A DNA stretch of 64,000 bases from Longimicrobiales bacterium (GTDB taxonomy: Bacteria > Gemmatimonadota > Gemmatimonadetes > Longimicrobiales > Gaopeijiaceae). Location of the stretch: the NCBI GenBank assembly GCA_045561015.1, contig JBJKYO010000055.1, forward strand, positions 1,131-65,130, in the 5' to 3' direction. The notes below the pieces were generated by a model. That model was given only the letters and a program-made list of their open reading frames with translations. It did not search any database and was not told where the DNA came from. The number at the start of each line of letters is the position of its first letter. Within the stretch, counting starts at the first letter, position 1. This document shows positions 10,764 to 20,041 of the stretch, in pieces. Position numbers and translations under genes: made by a program.

Positions 10764-11855
10764 ATGATGCATTTTGGACCTACCCATAAACTTATAGTTT
10801 TTAGCTTACTGTTTTTGGCCTGCTCCCCCAGCCACGTTGACGAAAAACCCAGCAAAGTCATCATGTTCATTGCGGACGGTGCTGGTGTAGAGCAATGGAC
10901 CCTGGCTCACTTCGCAAATGCGAACTTAGCTGTAGGCCAAATGCCCGTTGCAGGCCTGATGGATACTCGCGGATCAGATCACGAAGTGAGTGCCAGTGGT
11001 CCTACAGCAACAGCTATCGCGACAGGAACCCGGAGCTTCATAGGAGCTGTCGGAGTTGGTCCCGACAGTCTTCCCAGAGAGTCCCTTTTGGAGATAGCCC
11101 ACCGACAAGATTGGGGGACAGGCTTAATTACAACTACAAGCATAACAGACGCGACTCCAGCTTCATTTGCCGCACACGTTCCAAGCAGAACACAGCGAAT
11201 AGAAATACTAAAACAAATGATTGATTTACCCGTCAATGTTTTGTTGGGAGGCGGATCAAGAATGATGCAGGTAATAGAATCACAGGATTTGATAGAAATA
11301 CAGACACTGATTGAAGACCGCTACACTTACACTGAAGATCTGCTCGAACTGAAAATGCTTTCTCAAGACTCGACGGCCAATAACATTTTGGGTTTGTTCT
11401 CTCCTGGGGAAATGGCCATGGCGCTGCAAGGACGCTCACCCAGCCTAGCGGAAATGACGGCGGCAGGAATAGACATTCTTGAACATCACCCGAATGGATT
11501 CTTTCTACTCATCGAGAATGAAGGCTCTGACACATATGCTCACAGAAATCTTGGACGTGATGTACTAACAGCTGAGATGCTGCACTTTGACGAAGCCATC
11601 CGCATTGCACTCTCCTACCAAGAAAAACATCCAGAAACTCTAGTGGTAGTTACCTCTGACCATGAAACTGGAGGCATAAGCCTAAGAGGCGATGAAGACA
11701 GAAACATAGTTATGGATTACGCCACCACCAGTCATACGGCAGCACTAGTTCCTCTATTCGCAAAAGGTCCTGGAGCAGATCGGTTAGGCGGACTCAAAAG
11801 AAATGACCAAGTAGGTAAAATCCTTGCGAGTCTGATGGATTTTTCCTCAGATTAA
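10764..11855 (+). CDS. alkaline phosphatase (PhoA family), lipoprotein
   Basis: The ORF track starts at GTG 10713. ATG 10764 gives MMHFGPTHKLIVFSLLFLACS (lipobox). Motifs: FIADGAG, SASGPTATAIATG (nucleophile Ser region), ITDATPASFAAHV, TSDHETGG. Confidence 0.8.
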   Translation: MMHFGPTHKLIVFSLLFLACSPSHVDEKPSKVIMFIADGAGVEQWTLAHFANANLAVGQMPVAGLMDTRGSDHEVSASGPTATAIATGTRSFIGAVGVGPDSLPRESLLEIAHRQDWGTGLITTTSITDATPASFAAHVPSRTQRIEILKQMIDLPVNVLLGGGSRMMQVIESQDLIEIQTLIEDRYTYTEDLLELKMLSQDSTANNILGLFSPGEMAMALQGRSPSLAEMTAAGIDILEHHPNGFFLLIENEGSDTYAHRNLGRDVLTAEMLHFDEAIRIALSYQEKHPETLVVVTSDHETGGISLRGDEDRNIVMDYATTSHTAALVPLFAKGPGADRLGGLKRNDQVGKILASLMDFSSD

Positions 11856-11864
11856 GTAAGTATT

Positions 11865-11883
11865 TGTGAGCCCTTAGCTCACA
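11865..11883 (+). terminator. short hairpin after the alkaline phosphatase gene
   Basis: tgtgagc / gctcaca forms a 7-bp stem with a 5-nt loop, 10 nt after the stop codon. No U-tract follows, so this is weak. Confidence 0.3.
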
Positions 11884-12020
11884 GAAAACAATTGACTTGT
11901 CTTCTCTCAGCATTTTAAACAAACGTTTTAAATACTCTTCACCTTGCGCAAACACCCATGTCGAGTGGAAGTTGTGAGCAAATGTAGTGTTGTGGCAATG
12001 TAATCATGGGGAGAATTACT

Positions 12021-13280
12021 ATGGCAAACTTGACTAGAAGAGCTATGCTTGGGACCTCAGGGGGGCTCATTGCTGGAGGGCTCTTGAAAACCAAAGCAGA
12101 TGCTATCTCTTTTGCAGATAACGAATCCGAAAATACAGTCCAAGATCAAGATCCTACAAAAGTCTTAGGTAGGTTGACTAGTGAAGTGGGCCAAAGAGCT
12201 CCTGAGGAACAACCTCGACGGCTTGTTAGAAACCCCAATGTCTCACACTCGAGTTCATCCAGAACTCCATTGCACCAACTGCAGGGAATCATAACACCAG
12301 CTGACCTTCATTTCGAAAGACATCATGCTGGTATACCAACCATCGCCCCCGACCAATACGAATTGCTGATTCATGGTATGGTTGACCGACCCATGAAATT
12401 CACTTTGAGTGACCTGAAGCGTTTCCCCTCAGTGTCAAAACTGTACTTCATAGAATGTTCTGGTAATGGTGGTTCCTCCTACAACAAAAACGCCTCACGC
12501 GAGGTGGATCCCCAACAGATGGATGGACTAACGAGTACCAGTGAATGGACAGGCGTCCCCTTATCAACACTACTCCAGGAGGTCGGTGTGCAGAAAGGAG
12601 CCACCTGGTTAATGGCTGAAGGAGGAGATGCAGCAGTGATGGCTCGAAGTATACCCATTGAGAAAGCTTGGGACGATGCAATGATAGGTTACGGTCAGAA
12701 TGGAGAAGCTATTAGGCCGGAGCAGGGATATCCCGCAAGGCTTCTTCTACCTGGATGGGAAGGCAACGCTTCCGTCAAATGGATTCGTCGAATAGAAGTT
12801 AAGGACCAACCAACTATGACTCGGGACGAGACATCAAAATACACTGATCCTCTCAAGGACGGCACAGCCAGACAGTTCAGTTTTACCATTGATGCCAAAT
12901 CAGCCATAACCTTCCCTGCCTATCCTTATGCGTTGACTGAACCAGGTTGGTGGGAGATTCAAGGGGTCGCATGGAGTGGCAGAGGGCGCATCACTAAAGT
13001 CGATATAAGCACTGACGGTGGTGAAACCTGGAACGAGTCTAAACTTCATGGGCCTGTGCTTTCCAAATGTCACACCCGGTTTACCTATCCTTGGAATTGG
13101 GATGGGAAGGAAACGGTACTGATGAGTAGAGCAACCGACGAAACAGGCTATGTCCAACCGGCATTGAGTACACTAATGGAGGCCAGAGGTGAAGGCACCT
13201 CCTACCATTACAACAGTATTAGACCCTGGAAAATCGAAGAAGATGGAAGAGTGTACTTCGGTCAAGGAGAGATTTCATGA
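12021..13280 (+). CDS. sulfite-oxidase-family molybdoenzyme, SorA-like sulfite dehydrogenase
   Basis: The ORF track starts at 12006. ATG 12021 has GGGGAG 5 nt upstream and yields MANLTRRAMLGTSGGLIAGG (TAT signal). FIECSGNGG matches the Mo-ligand Cys region (ECAGN-type). An ATGA overlap joins it to the downstream cytochrome c gene. Confidence 0.8.
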   Translation: MANLTRRAMLGTSGGLIAGGLLKTKADAISFADNESENTVQDQDPTKVLGRLTSEVGQRAPEEQPRRLVRNPNVSHSSSSRTPLHQLQGIITPADLHFERHHAGIPTIAPDQYELLIHGMVDRPMKFTLSDLKRFPSVSKLYFIECSGNGGSSYNKNASREVDPQQMDGLTSTSEWTGVPLSTLLQEVGVQKGATWLMAEGGDAAVMARSIPIEKAWDDAMIGYGQNGEAIRPEQGYPARLLLPGWEGNASVKWIRRIEVKDQPTMTRDETSKYTDPLKDGTARQFSFTIDAKSAITFPAYPYALTEPGWWEIQGVAWSGRGRITKVDISTDGGETWNESKLHGPVLSKCHTRFTYPWNWDGKETVLMSRATDETGYVQPALSTLMEARGEGTSYHYNSIRPWKIEEDGRVYFGQGEIS

Positions 13281-13924
13281 CCATGACTCAAACTGACACA
13301 CCCCGATATCGTGATAGAACTACTTTGAATCATAAAATTCCAACCATCTTTTTTGCACTTCTGCTGCTGGGAAATATTGCATGTGCAGATGTCAACACAG
13401 AGCCAAATGGAAATCAGGAAACTCCTGGAGGTAGCTTTAACCTAGGTTCGACAGCCAGCGCTTCCGATATCGCAGCTTGGGACTTAGATATGGACCCTAG
13501 TGGATCGGGCGCCCCAATTGGCAGTGGCTCCGTATCCGAGGGGAAACAGACTTATGACCTAAAATGCGCCAGTTGTCATGGTATAGACGGTGGGGGTACT
13601 CCGCTTGGAGATCAACTGGTAGGACGTGAACCCCTTGAAGGATTCCCATTTGGGCAAGTGAGAGGTCAATACCGGCGTACAGTTGGTAATTATTGGCCGT
13701 ATGCAACGACTCTCTTCGATTACATTATCCGAGCAATGCCAATGAATGCGCCCGGATCACTTACGGCAGACGAAGCCTATGCTGCTTCAGCCTACATTCT
13801 CTATATGAATGATATCATCGATGAGGATGCGGTCATGGATACAGAAAGCCTACCAAAGGTTGTAATGCCAGCAAGGGATCGTTTTGTGATGGACAACCGA
13901 ACTGGCGGTCCAGAAATACGTTAG
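13277..13924 (+). CDS. membrane-anchored or exported mono-haem cytochrome c (SorB-like electron acceptor)
   Basis: One CASCHG haem-c motif with a downstream Met-Pro (AMPMNAPG). N-terminal hydrophobic segment IPTIFFALLLLGNIACA. Start overlaps the SorA-like stop by 4 nt. Confidence 0.75.
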   Translation: MTMTQTDTPRYRDRTTLNHKIPTIFFALLLLGNIACADVNTEPNGNQETPGGSFNLGSTASASDIAAWDLDMDPSGSGAPIGSGSVSEGKQTYDLKCASCHGIDGGGTPLGDQLVGREPLEGFPFGQVRGQYRRTVGNYWPYATTLFDYIIRAMPMNAPGSLTADEAYAASAYILYMNDIIDEDAVMDTESLPKVVMPARDRFVMDNRTGGPEIR

Positions 13925-14051
13925 AAAAAATGACAATCAAGCAATGTGTGCCTGTTTTTGGCAAGTGGTTCCCACACTAGCGCTCCAATACCTCTGTGCT
14001 GTAGACTTAGTTAATTGAACCGCCGAGATAATTAAACCGTCGAGGTGTATT

Positions 14052-14888
14052 ATGAGATCAAAGCAAGTTAGAACTGAAACCGTACTGGGCGCCGTCCTGA
14101 GCCTAGTTGTATTTACTGCGTGTCAAGACGGCGTGGGACCAGACTCATACCAAAGTGAACGTCCTTTGGATAACAACGAGTTAGCTATGGATGTGGCGTT
14201 AGTAGCCGCCGATGCAATACTTGAGGATATTGATGCATGGGGATCTGACTTCGATTTTAGTATCGGCTTGGGTTTTGAAGCTGCGACTTCAGTAAACAAT
14301 GAGAAATCATCCAAGAAATTTCACCCTTGCAAACCAGGGCATCACAGAATTGGATGGTCATGTACCCGCGACGTTAGCTTTTTTGATGAAGCTGGAAATA
14401 ATCAGTCGCAATACGACAAATTGACCACAGAGCGAGTGCACGCAGTCACAGACATCAGTGGAGATGTCTCCAGAGAAAAATGGAGCGCATTGGTCAACCG
14501 TGAAAGAGACATGAATATTACTGGCCTCGCTGGGGAAAATACACATAGAACTATTAATGGTAGTGGTACCGTAGAGGTTAGCAAAAGCAAGCATCTTAAA
14601 GACGGTAGCGTTCGAGAGTATGATATGACTGGATCTTTTACTAAAACAGACGTAGTCATGCCTGTCAGAGGGACTAAACCTCGTTATCCAATCTCAGGAA
14701 CAATCACTCGATCTATGCAAGCTCAAGTAGTCAATGGGAAAAAGGGTGATAGAGCCAAATCGGTGGAGATGACCATCACTTTTGATGGGGATTCCACAGC
14801 AAACATGGTGGTTAACGGGGAAGAATTAGAAATCGATCTCACAACACGAAAAGGGAAGAACCCACTTAGGAGAAAAAAGGGCAGCTAA
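14052..14888 (+). CDS. hypothetical lipoprotein
   Basis: 278-aa ORF with lipobox LVVFTAC. I recognise no other motif. Confidence 0.55.
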   Translation: MRSKQVRTETVLGAVLSLVVFTACQDGVGPDSYQSERPLDNNELAMDVALVAADAILEDIDAWGSDFDFSIGLGFEAATSVNNEKSSKKFHPCKPGHHRIGWSCTRDVSFFDEAGNNQSQYDKLTTERVHAVTDISGDVSREKWSALVNRERDMNITGLAGENTHRTINGSGTVEVSKSKHLKDGSVREYDMTGSFTKTDVVMPVRGTKPRYPISGTITRSMQAQVVNGKKGDRAKSVEMTITFDGDSTANMVVNGEELEIDLTTRKGKNPLRRKKGS

Positions 14889-14915
14889 TTAGCGTGAGAT
14901 GAGACTTCCTTAAAA

Positions 14916-14961
14916 AACAGAAGGGATGTTCAAGGAAAAACGATCAAACATCCCTTCTGTT
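14916..14961. terminator. bidirectional rho-independent terminator
   Basis: Perfect 15-bp stem: aacagaagggatgtt (14916..14930) pairs with aacatcccttctgtt (14947..14961). An A-run precedes it and ttttttc follows. It sits between convergent genes. Confidence 0.85.
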
Positions 14962-14982
14962 TTTTCTTTTGTACGGAACGCA

Positions 14983-15612
14983 TTATGGAGACAGCTCCCC
15001 TCCCGCCTGAATTCCTGTCACCTCTATGCCTGCATCCCTCGCACACAAAGATGAAATAGAAATTTTGCCTTCTACAGCCACACGATCTCCAGCAACGAAC
15101 TCCTCCAAATCTCCCGTTAGGGCATACAAAATTCCATCATCTGTCAACAGTGCTGGGGCCTCGCATTCAGGAACATCATTCATAATCCTTCCCTCTCGGG
15201 ATACGTTGCCGTCTGGTCCAAGGACAAAAAATTCGCTTGATAAAGCTATAGGAGCAAAATAAAAGTCAAAAACTATAAAAACATGCGCAAAAGAGGGATC
15301 TGCCCAGTCAGGGACTTCGACATCGATAGTCAATTCTCCTCTCTCTGTCGTCAGTGCTTGTCCAATTTCTTCGAATCCCACCTGTGTTGCTCCTATTCCT
15401 ATTCGAACGGGAGTGATCGCTGGCATTCCACCAGTCGTTAATGTCACAGTCGTTCCAGCCCTCCCTATCCCGGGAGAGAAAGAATCGATTCTCCTAGAAA
15501 CGTTATGAAAGCTCGATTGCACCTCCTGAGCCATGACGTCTACTGTTCCCTGACAAATCATTCCGAATATCAATATTGCAACGAATGATCGGCATTGCCT
15601 TGCCCACATCAA
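14983..15612 (-). CDS. hypothetical secreted protein
   Basis: 209 aa with signal FVAILIFGMICQGTVDVMAQ. The N-terminal half is IPT/TIG-like (SPGIGRAGTTVTLTTG). The C-terminal half has two Cys flanking a GDRVAVEG motif. Family uncertain. Confidence 0.5.
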   Translation of the reverse strand: MMWARQCRSFVAILIFGMICQGTVDVMAQEVQSSFHNVSRRIDSFSPGIGRAGTTVTLTTGGMPAITPVRIGIGATQVGFEEIGQALTTERGELTIDVEVPDWADPSFAHVFIVFDFYFAPIALSSEFFVLGPDGNVSREGRIMNDVPECEAPALLTDDGILYALTGDLEEFVAGDRVAVEGKISISSLCARDAGIEVTGIQAGGELSP

Positions 15613-15650
15613 AAACCTCCTTATATCTCAAGCCAAACCTATTACCGTGA

Positions 15651-16664
15651 CTACCTTTTCAGTATTGTTCCTCCAAAAGGATCGGATCCTACATCATATC
15701 GATTTTCGATCTGCATACTGTCCATATCTATAATCACAACTTCACCTCCCCTAGGTGTCCCTCTATAAGAGATCTGGACATATAGTTTCTGACTGTCTGG
15801 TGAGAACAATGGAAAAGCAGATCCTGGAGCACCAAGGGGTATAGTCGCTACCACCTCTCTCGCATGTGCATCAATGATATGGACATCTTCTGTGCCGCCA
15901 CGAGTAGATGCCGCAAATCTTCCATCGGAAGAAACGTCGATACGACCCGGTCCTTCCCCTTCAGTTTGAATCACCTCAACAACCCCGTCAGTTTCCATAT
16001 CTATAACTGTCACCGAGCCATCGTAGTCGGAATGTATCCATGCCTCACCTTCTGGTGAAAATGCAACTCCAACTGGGCCTCCTTGAACTGGAATAATCTT
16101 AGTTACCTCGTCCGTTTCCGTATCTAGCACAACCACACGGTCATCCAGACGCATGGGATAGTACATCTTGTCTGTAGCGTGATTTATGGCCAGGAAATGG
16201 CCTCCTCTTAACAAAAGGTCAATTTTCTTGAGAACCTTCTGTTCAATAACATCATAAACGACAACACCAGGTATAGCATGGTTTTCTACACCTACATAGA
16301 GCTTACTACCGTCCCGATTCAAAGCTATCCCATGCGGAGAAGCAGAAGAAGACTCGAGAGGACCGTAGAAATACTCACTTTCAATCTTACCTAATTCAGT
16401 GAAAGTCTCAGTATCTAGGATTACAACATGTGGACCGTTTGGCACGGCTACAAACACAATACCACCATCCGATGTTGCAACACCTTCGTGAGGCTGATTT
16501 TCAGCCGTAAACTGATTAAGCACACCCAACGTCGGACTAACCTCATAAACAGTAAAATCTGAATGGCTGAGAGCAATGACTGAGTGTTCCTGAGCCTGAC
16601 ACGCTGTCATAGATAGTATGACTCCTGACAGCGTGAGAATAGTATTTCTAATCATCTTGTTCAC
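15651..16664 (-). CDS. YVTN-type beta-propeller lipoprotein
   Basis: Lipobox LSMTAC. Contains repeated ~40-aa units of the form 'G..P.G.A.S.DG..LYV.....V.V.D'. Confidence 0.7.
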   Translation of the reverse strand: MNKMIRNTILTLSGVILSMTACQAQEHSVIALSHSDFTVYEVSPTLGVLNQFTAENQPHEGVATSDGGIVFVAVPNGPHVVILDTETFTELGKIESEYFYGPLESSSASPHGIALNRDGSKLYVGVENHAIPGVVVYDVIEQKVLKKIDLLLRGGHFLAINHATDKMYYPMRLDDRVVVLDTETDEVTKIIPVQGGPVGVAFSPEGEAWIHSDYDGSVTVIDMETDGVVEVIQTEGEGPGRIDVSSDGRFAASTRGGTEDVHIIDAHAREVVATIPLGAPGSAFPLFSPDSQKLYVQISYRGTPRGGEVVIIDMDSMQIENRYDVGSDPFGGTILKR

Positions 16665-16772
16665 TTCTCCTTAACTGAAGCAGACACCCAGGAACTATTC
16701 CCGAAAACCTACCGTAACTGAGAATCAACCCCGAATATGCCAAGCCGACAATCTTTAAGAGCTAAGATTATA

Positions 16773-18569
16773 CTAACAGGACTGACAATTGTGATTGTTG
16801 ATGGATCCTAAGCCTTCAAGCAAAGCAATAGCTTCAGGGTATGGCTGTGTGCGCTGGTAAGGGCCATTGGCCATGTCGGCTGTCGTTTGACCCTCCCTAC
16901 TCACCGCCATCACATCGGCACCCTTCTCGACCAAATACTGTATCATGTCTGTATCACCTCTGGACGCAGCATGATGCACAGCAGTATAGCCCTGATAATC
17001 TCTAGCATTTACATCAGCGCCGATTTCTTCGACAAGGTACTTCATGGCATCCATCCAGCCAGCAGGCACATGTCGGTGTGAGTTTGCTGCGAACCCTTGT
17101 CCGTAGCCCACTCCAGAAGCCGCATGAATTGGGTAAACACCAGGCCCTCCCAAGGGAACTACCGGTAGACCAGATTGATCAGATTTCGCGTCTCCATCCC
17201 ACGCTGGGCGTCTGCGGTCTGGCATCCTCTGAGTTGCTACTTTTGGATCGGATCCATAAGAAACCAACATTTTCATAGCTTGTAAATCAACACCATAAGC
17301 TGCCCGCCAGAAAGGTGTGGCCCCTGTCATATTTACCCCTAAAAGACCTCTTCCATACGCCGTGTACCATAAGCGTTTTTTCAATCTTGCATTTGGATCA
17401 GCTCCGCTATCCAAAAACATTTTCATGAGTTCTAAATAACCAATTTCCTGCTGAAGATGGGCGTTTGGCTGCTGATACTGTGTCTTAGGAATCCATTGCT
17501 GATTAATCACAGCATATAACGGAGCGCCTCCAGCCTCATTGGCTAAATTGACATCCGCACCATTCTCCAGCAATTCAACCGCCAAATCGAAATGTCCATT
17601 TATAACAGCTATTAGTAACGGACTTGTTCTCTCAGCGTTTACCTGGTTCACATCTGCACCAGCATCCAACAAGGCTCTGACAGCTGATCTGTGACCCTGC
17701 CTTGCGGCATGCAAAAGAGCCGTCATCCCACCAACCTTTCCTATCTGCTCAGCACTGGTTAAGGGACGAGGTTCTTCTTTTTCCTCTGTTGATCCTTCTT
17801 TTCCTTCAACTGAAATATCGGAATTGAAATCATCGCATGCATAAGTGGTGGGACCACCTTGTTCTATCGTCAGTAACTTACCTCTCCTACCATCCGAACA
17901 GTCTTCCTCTTCCCCTTCCTCCATTGGTGCCGACGAAGATCCAACTGGATTTTCCTGCTTCTTCAGTAATTTGTCTTCAGCAACCATGTCTATTATTTCG
18001 GTCTGGATAGAAAGATCCGCACCCTTATCGGCCAAAATTTTGATGGCTCCCACTCTTCCCAAAGATGCGGCAAAAATTAGAGGAGTTTGTCCTGACTGCA
18101 TTTCTTTGTCATCTATAGAAGCTCCGTGGTCTATGAGTGCTTCAATACTCTTCACATCCCCAGAAGCGGCAGCAAAATGCAGAGAAGTAACCCCCCCGCT
18201 CGACGTTCTTTGATTGGGGTCACTTCCTGCTTTCAACAGACTGACAACCATGGGGGAATGGCCTTCTCTGCTAGCTAGGTGAAGAGGGGTATAAGCCCCC
18301 ATTCGAGTAGTTGCTTCGATACTGGCACCCGCATAAAGTAACATTTCAGCAATGTCTGACTGTCCATTAACAGCAGCCCAATGCAAAGCTGTCATTCCGT
18401 CGCCCTGTGCGGCATTAACGTCTGCACCTTGGTACAGCAGGTTCCGTAATACCTCCACGTCATTGCGCATAGCTGCGTCTGCAACAGGTGACTCAAGAAC
18501 ACCAGCACCCGTAAATACAATCGTCAAAAAGAATGTGGCAACTATACTCGAAAAACTTTTGTTTCTCAT
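16773..18569 (-). CDS. secreted ankyrin-repeat protein, cassette A
   Basis: 598 aa with a signal peptide (FFLTIVFTGAGVLESPVADAA). Many ANK units (G.TALHWAA..G......LL..GA..N). GGGAG SD 5 nt upstream. Starts 17 nt after the DUF1552-A stop. Confidence 0.85.
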   Translation of the reverse strand: MRNKSFSSIVATFFLTIVFTGAGVLESPVADAAMRNDVEVLRNLLYQGADVNAAQGDGMTALHWAAVNGQSDIAEMLLYAGASIEATTRMGAYTPLHLASREGHSPMVVSLLKAGSDPNQRTSSGGVTSLHFAAASGDVKSIEALIDHGASIDDKEMQSGQTPLIFAASLGRVGAIKILADKGADLSIQTEIIDMVAEDKLLKKQENPVGSSSAPMEEGEEEDCSDGRRGKLLTIEQGGPTTYACDDFNSDISVEGKEGSTEEKEEPRPLTSAEQIGKVGGMTALLHAARQGHRSAVRALLDAGADVNQVNAERTSPLLIAVINGHFDLAVELLENGADVNLANEAGGAPLYAVINQQWIPKTQYQQPNAHLQQEIGYLELMKMFLDSGADPNARLKKRLWYTAYGRGLLGVNMTGATPFWRAAYGVDLQAMKMLVSYGSDPKVATQRMPDRRRPAWDGDAKSDQSGLPVVPLGGPGVYPIHAASGVGYGQGFAANSHRHVPAGWMDAMKYLVEEIGADVNARDYQGYTAVHHAASRGDTDMIQYLVEKGADVMAVSREGQTTADMANGPYQRTQPYPEAIALLEGLGSINNHNCQSC

Positions 18570-18586
18570 TTTTTCTCCCTCATTCC

Positions 18587-20017
18587 TTAACTACGAGAAC
18601 CTGAATTATTCATTTCCGTCGTTGTCGCACCCATAGATAGAGGGAAAGCACCTGTGCTATCGCCAAAGCTCTCCATATCATCATGGCCCAAGGCATGTAG
18701 TAGACTTAGCATGACGTTAGCCGTAGGTGTCCCATCTGGAGCCTTCAGATGAAGATTCCCTTCAAGTTGCCCGTTGGCATGTCCGGCAAACAAAAGCGGA
18801 ATACGTCTATGGTTATGTACGTTCGGATCTCCCATCGGAGAACCATAAATAACTGCAGATTTATCAAGAAGATTGGAGTCTCCTTCCTGGGTACCCTTTA
18901 GTTTTTCCAAAAGGTGAGGAAGAAGACTTACGTGAAACTCATTCAGTCCAGCAAACTCTAGGATTACTTCTTCTTTGTTTCCATGGTGTGAAGTAGGATG
19001 GAACGGTAAATCGATTCCGCTCTCTGGGTAGACCCTGTTCAACGCATCCCTGGACAGTTTCAGCGAAAAGACTCTAGTCATGTCATTTTGAAAAGCCAAT
19101 GCTTGGAGATCAAACATGAGTTTGACGTGCTCTGAGAATGAATCGGGAACACCTGCCGGAGCTTCTGGCAATTCCCTTGCCTCTCCACTGGCATTTTGTG
19201 CCTCAATCTTTTGGATTCTTCTTTCAAGCTCTCTGACGTTCTCCAAATAGCTCTCTAATCGGATCCTGTCCTCAGGCCCTAAAGCTCTCGTTATTTCACC
19301 CACCTCACCAGCCACCCAATCTAGGATACTGCTATTCGCTCTTCTTCTTTCCGCACGTGCTTTAGGGGTCCCGCCCGCTCCGAAAAGCATATCGAAAGCT
19401 ACTCTGGGATCCCTTATCATTGGAAGGGGTTCGTTGGGAGATGCCCAACTTATTGTGTCAGTATATACACAAGCGTATCCATAAGAACATCCACCAGCTT
19501 GATCTACATTCTCAATACAAAACTGCATCGATGGAATTGGTGTGTCCTGCCCAAAACGGTTCGCAAACATTTGGTCGAGAGACATCCCCACCAACACATC
19601 AGACCCCTCAGTCTGTTTGGGATGCATTTGTGTCAAGAACACAGCACTGGATCGAAAATGATCTCCACCTATTTCGGGGGCTGAAAAAGCATCTGCATTT
19701 CTCATGTCTGTGTTACTGACGATTGTTAGGTAGTCCTGAAACGGTTCCAGAGGCTTTAAAACACTTGGACTTAAGTCGAAATCGCGCCCCTCTTCTGCTG
19801 GAGACCACAGATTCTGAGTTTCTCCCCATTCTGTACACCCTGCCGAACCATGCACAATCTCAATACATATTAATCGAGTCTTGTCGATCTCAGCAGATGA
19901 CTTCGACCAATGGCGCCCAGCTGGCACCATAGCATCGAGCAATGGTAGAGCAACACTGGCTCCTGCTCCACGCAGAAAAGTCCGGCGAGGCATATGTTTT
20001 TGGGTGATAAACTCCAT
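18587..20017 (-). CDS. TAT-exported DUF1552 (HXXSHH) family protein, cassette A
   Basis: Twin-arginine signal MPRRTFLRGAGASVALPLLDAM. Contains an HPTSHH motif. GAAGGAG SD upstream. Starts 24 nt after the DUF1592-A stop. Confidence 0.85.
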   Translation of the reverse strand: MEFITQKHMPRRTFLRGAGASVALPLLDAMVPAGRHWSKSSAEIDKTRLICIEIVHGSAGCTEWGETQNLWSPAEEGRDFDLSPSVLKPLEPFQDYLTIVSNTDMRNADAFSAPEIGGDHFRSSAVFLTQMHPKQTEGSDVLVGMSLDQMFANRFGQDTPIPSMQFCIENVDQAGGCSYGYACVYTDTISWASPNEPLPMIRDPRVAFDMLFGAGGTPKARAERRRANSSILDWVAGEVGEITRALGPEDRIRLESYLENVRELERRIQKIEAQNASGEARELPEAPAGVPDSFSEHVKLMFDLQALAFQNDMTRVFSLKLSRDALNRVYPESGIDLPFHPTSHHGNKEEVILEFAGLNEFHVSLLPHLLEKLKGTQEGDSNLLDKSAVIYGSPMGDPNVHNHRRIPLLFAGHANGQLEGNLHLKAPDGTPTANVMLSLLHALGHDDMESFGDSTGAFPLSMGATTTEMNNSGSRS

Positions 20018-20041
20018 AGTGTCATACTCCTTCAGAGGGAT

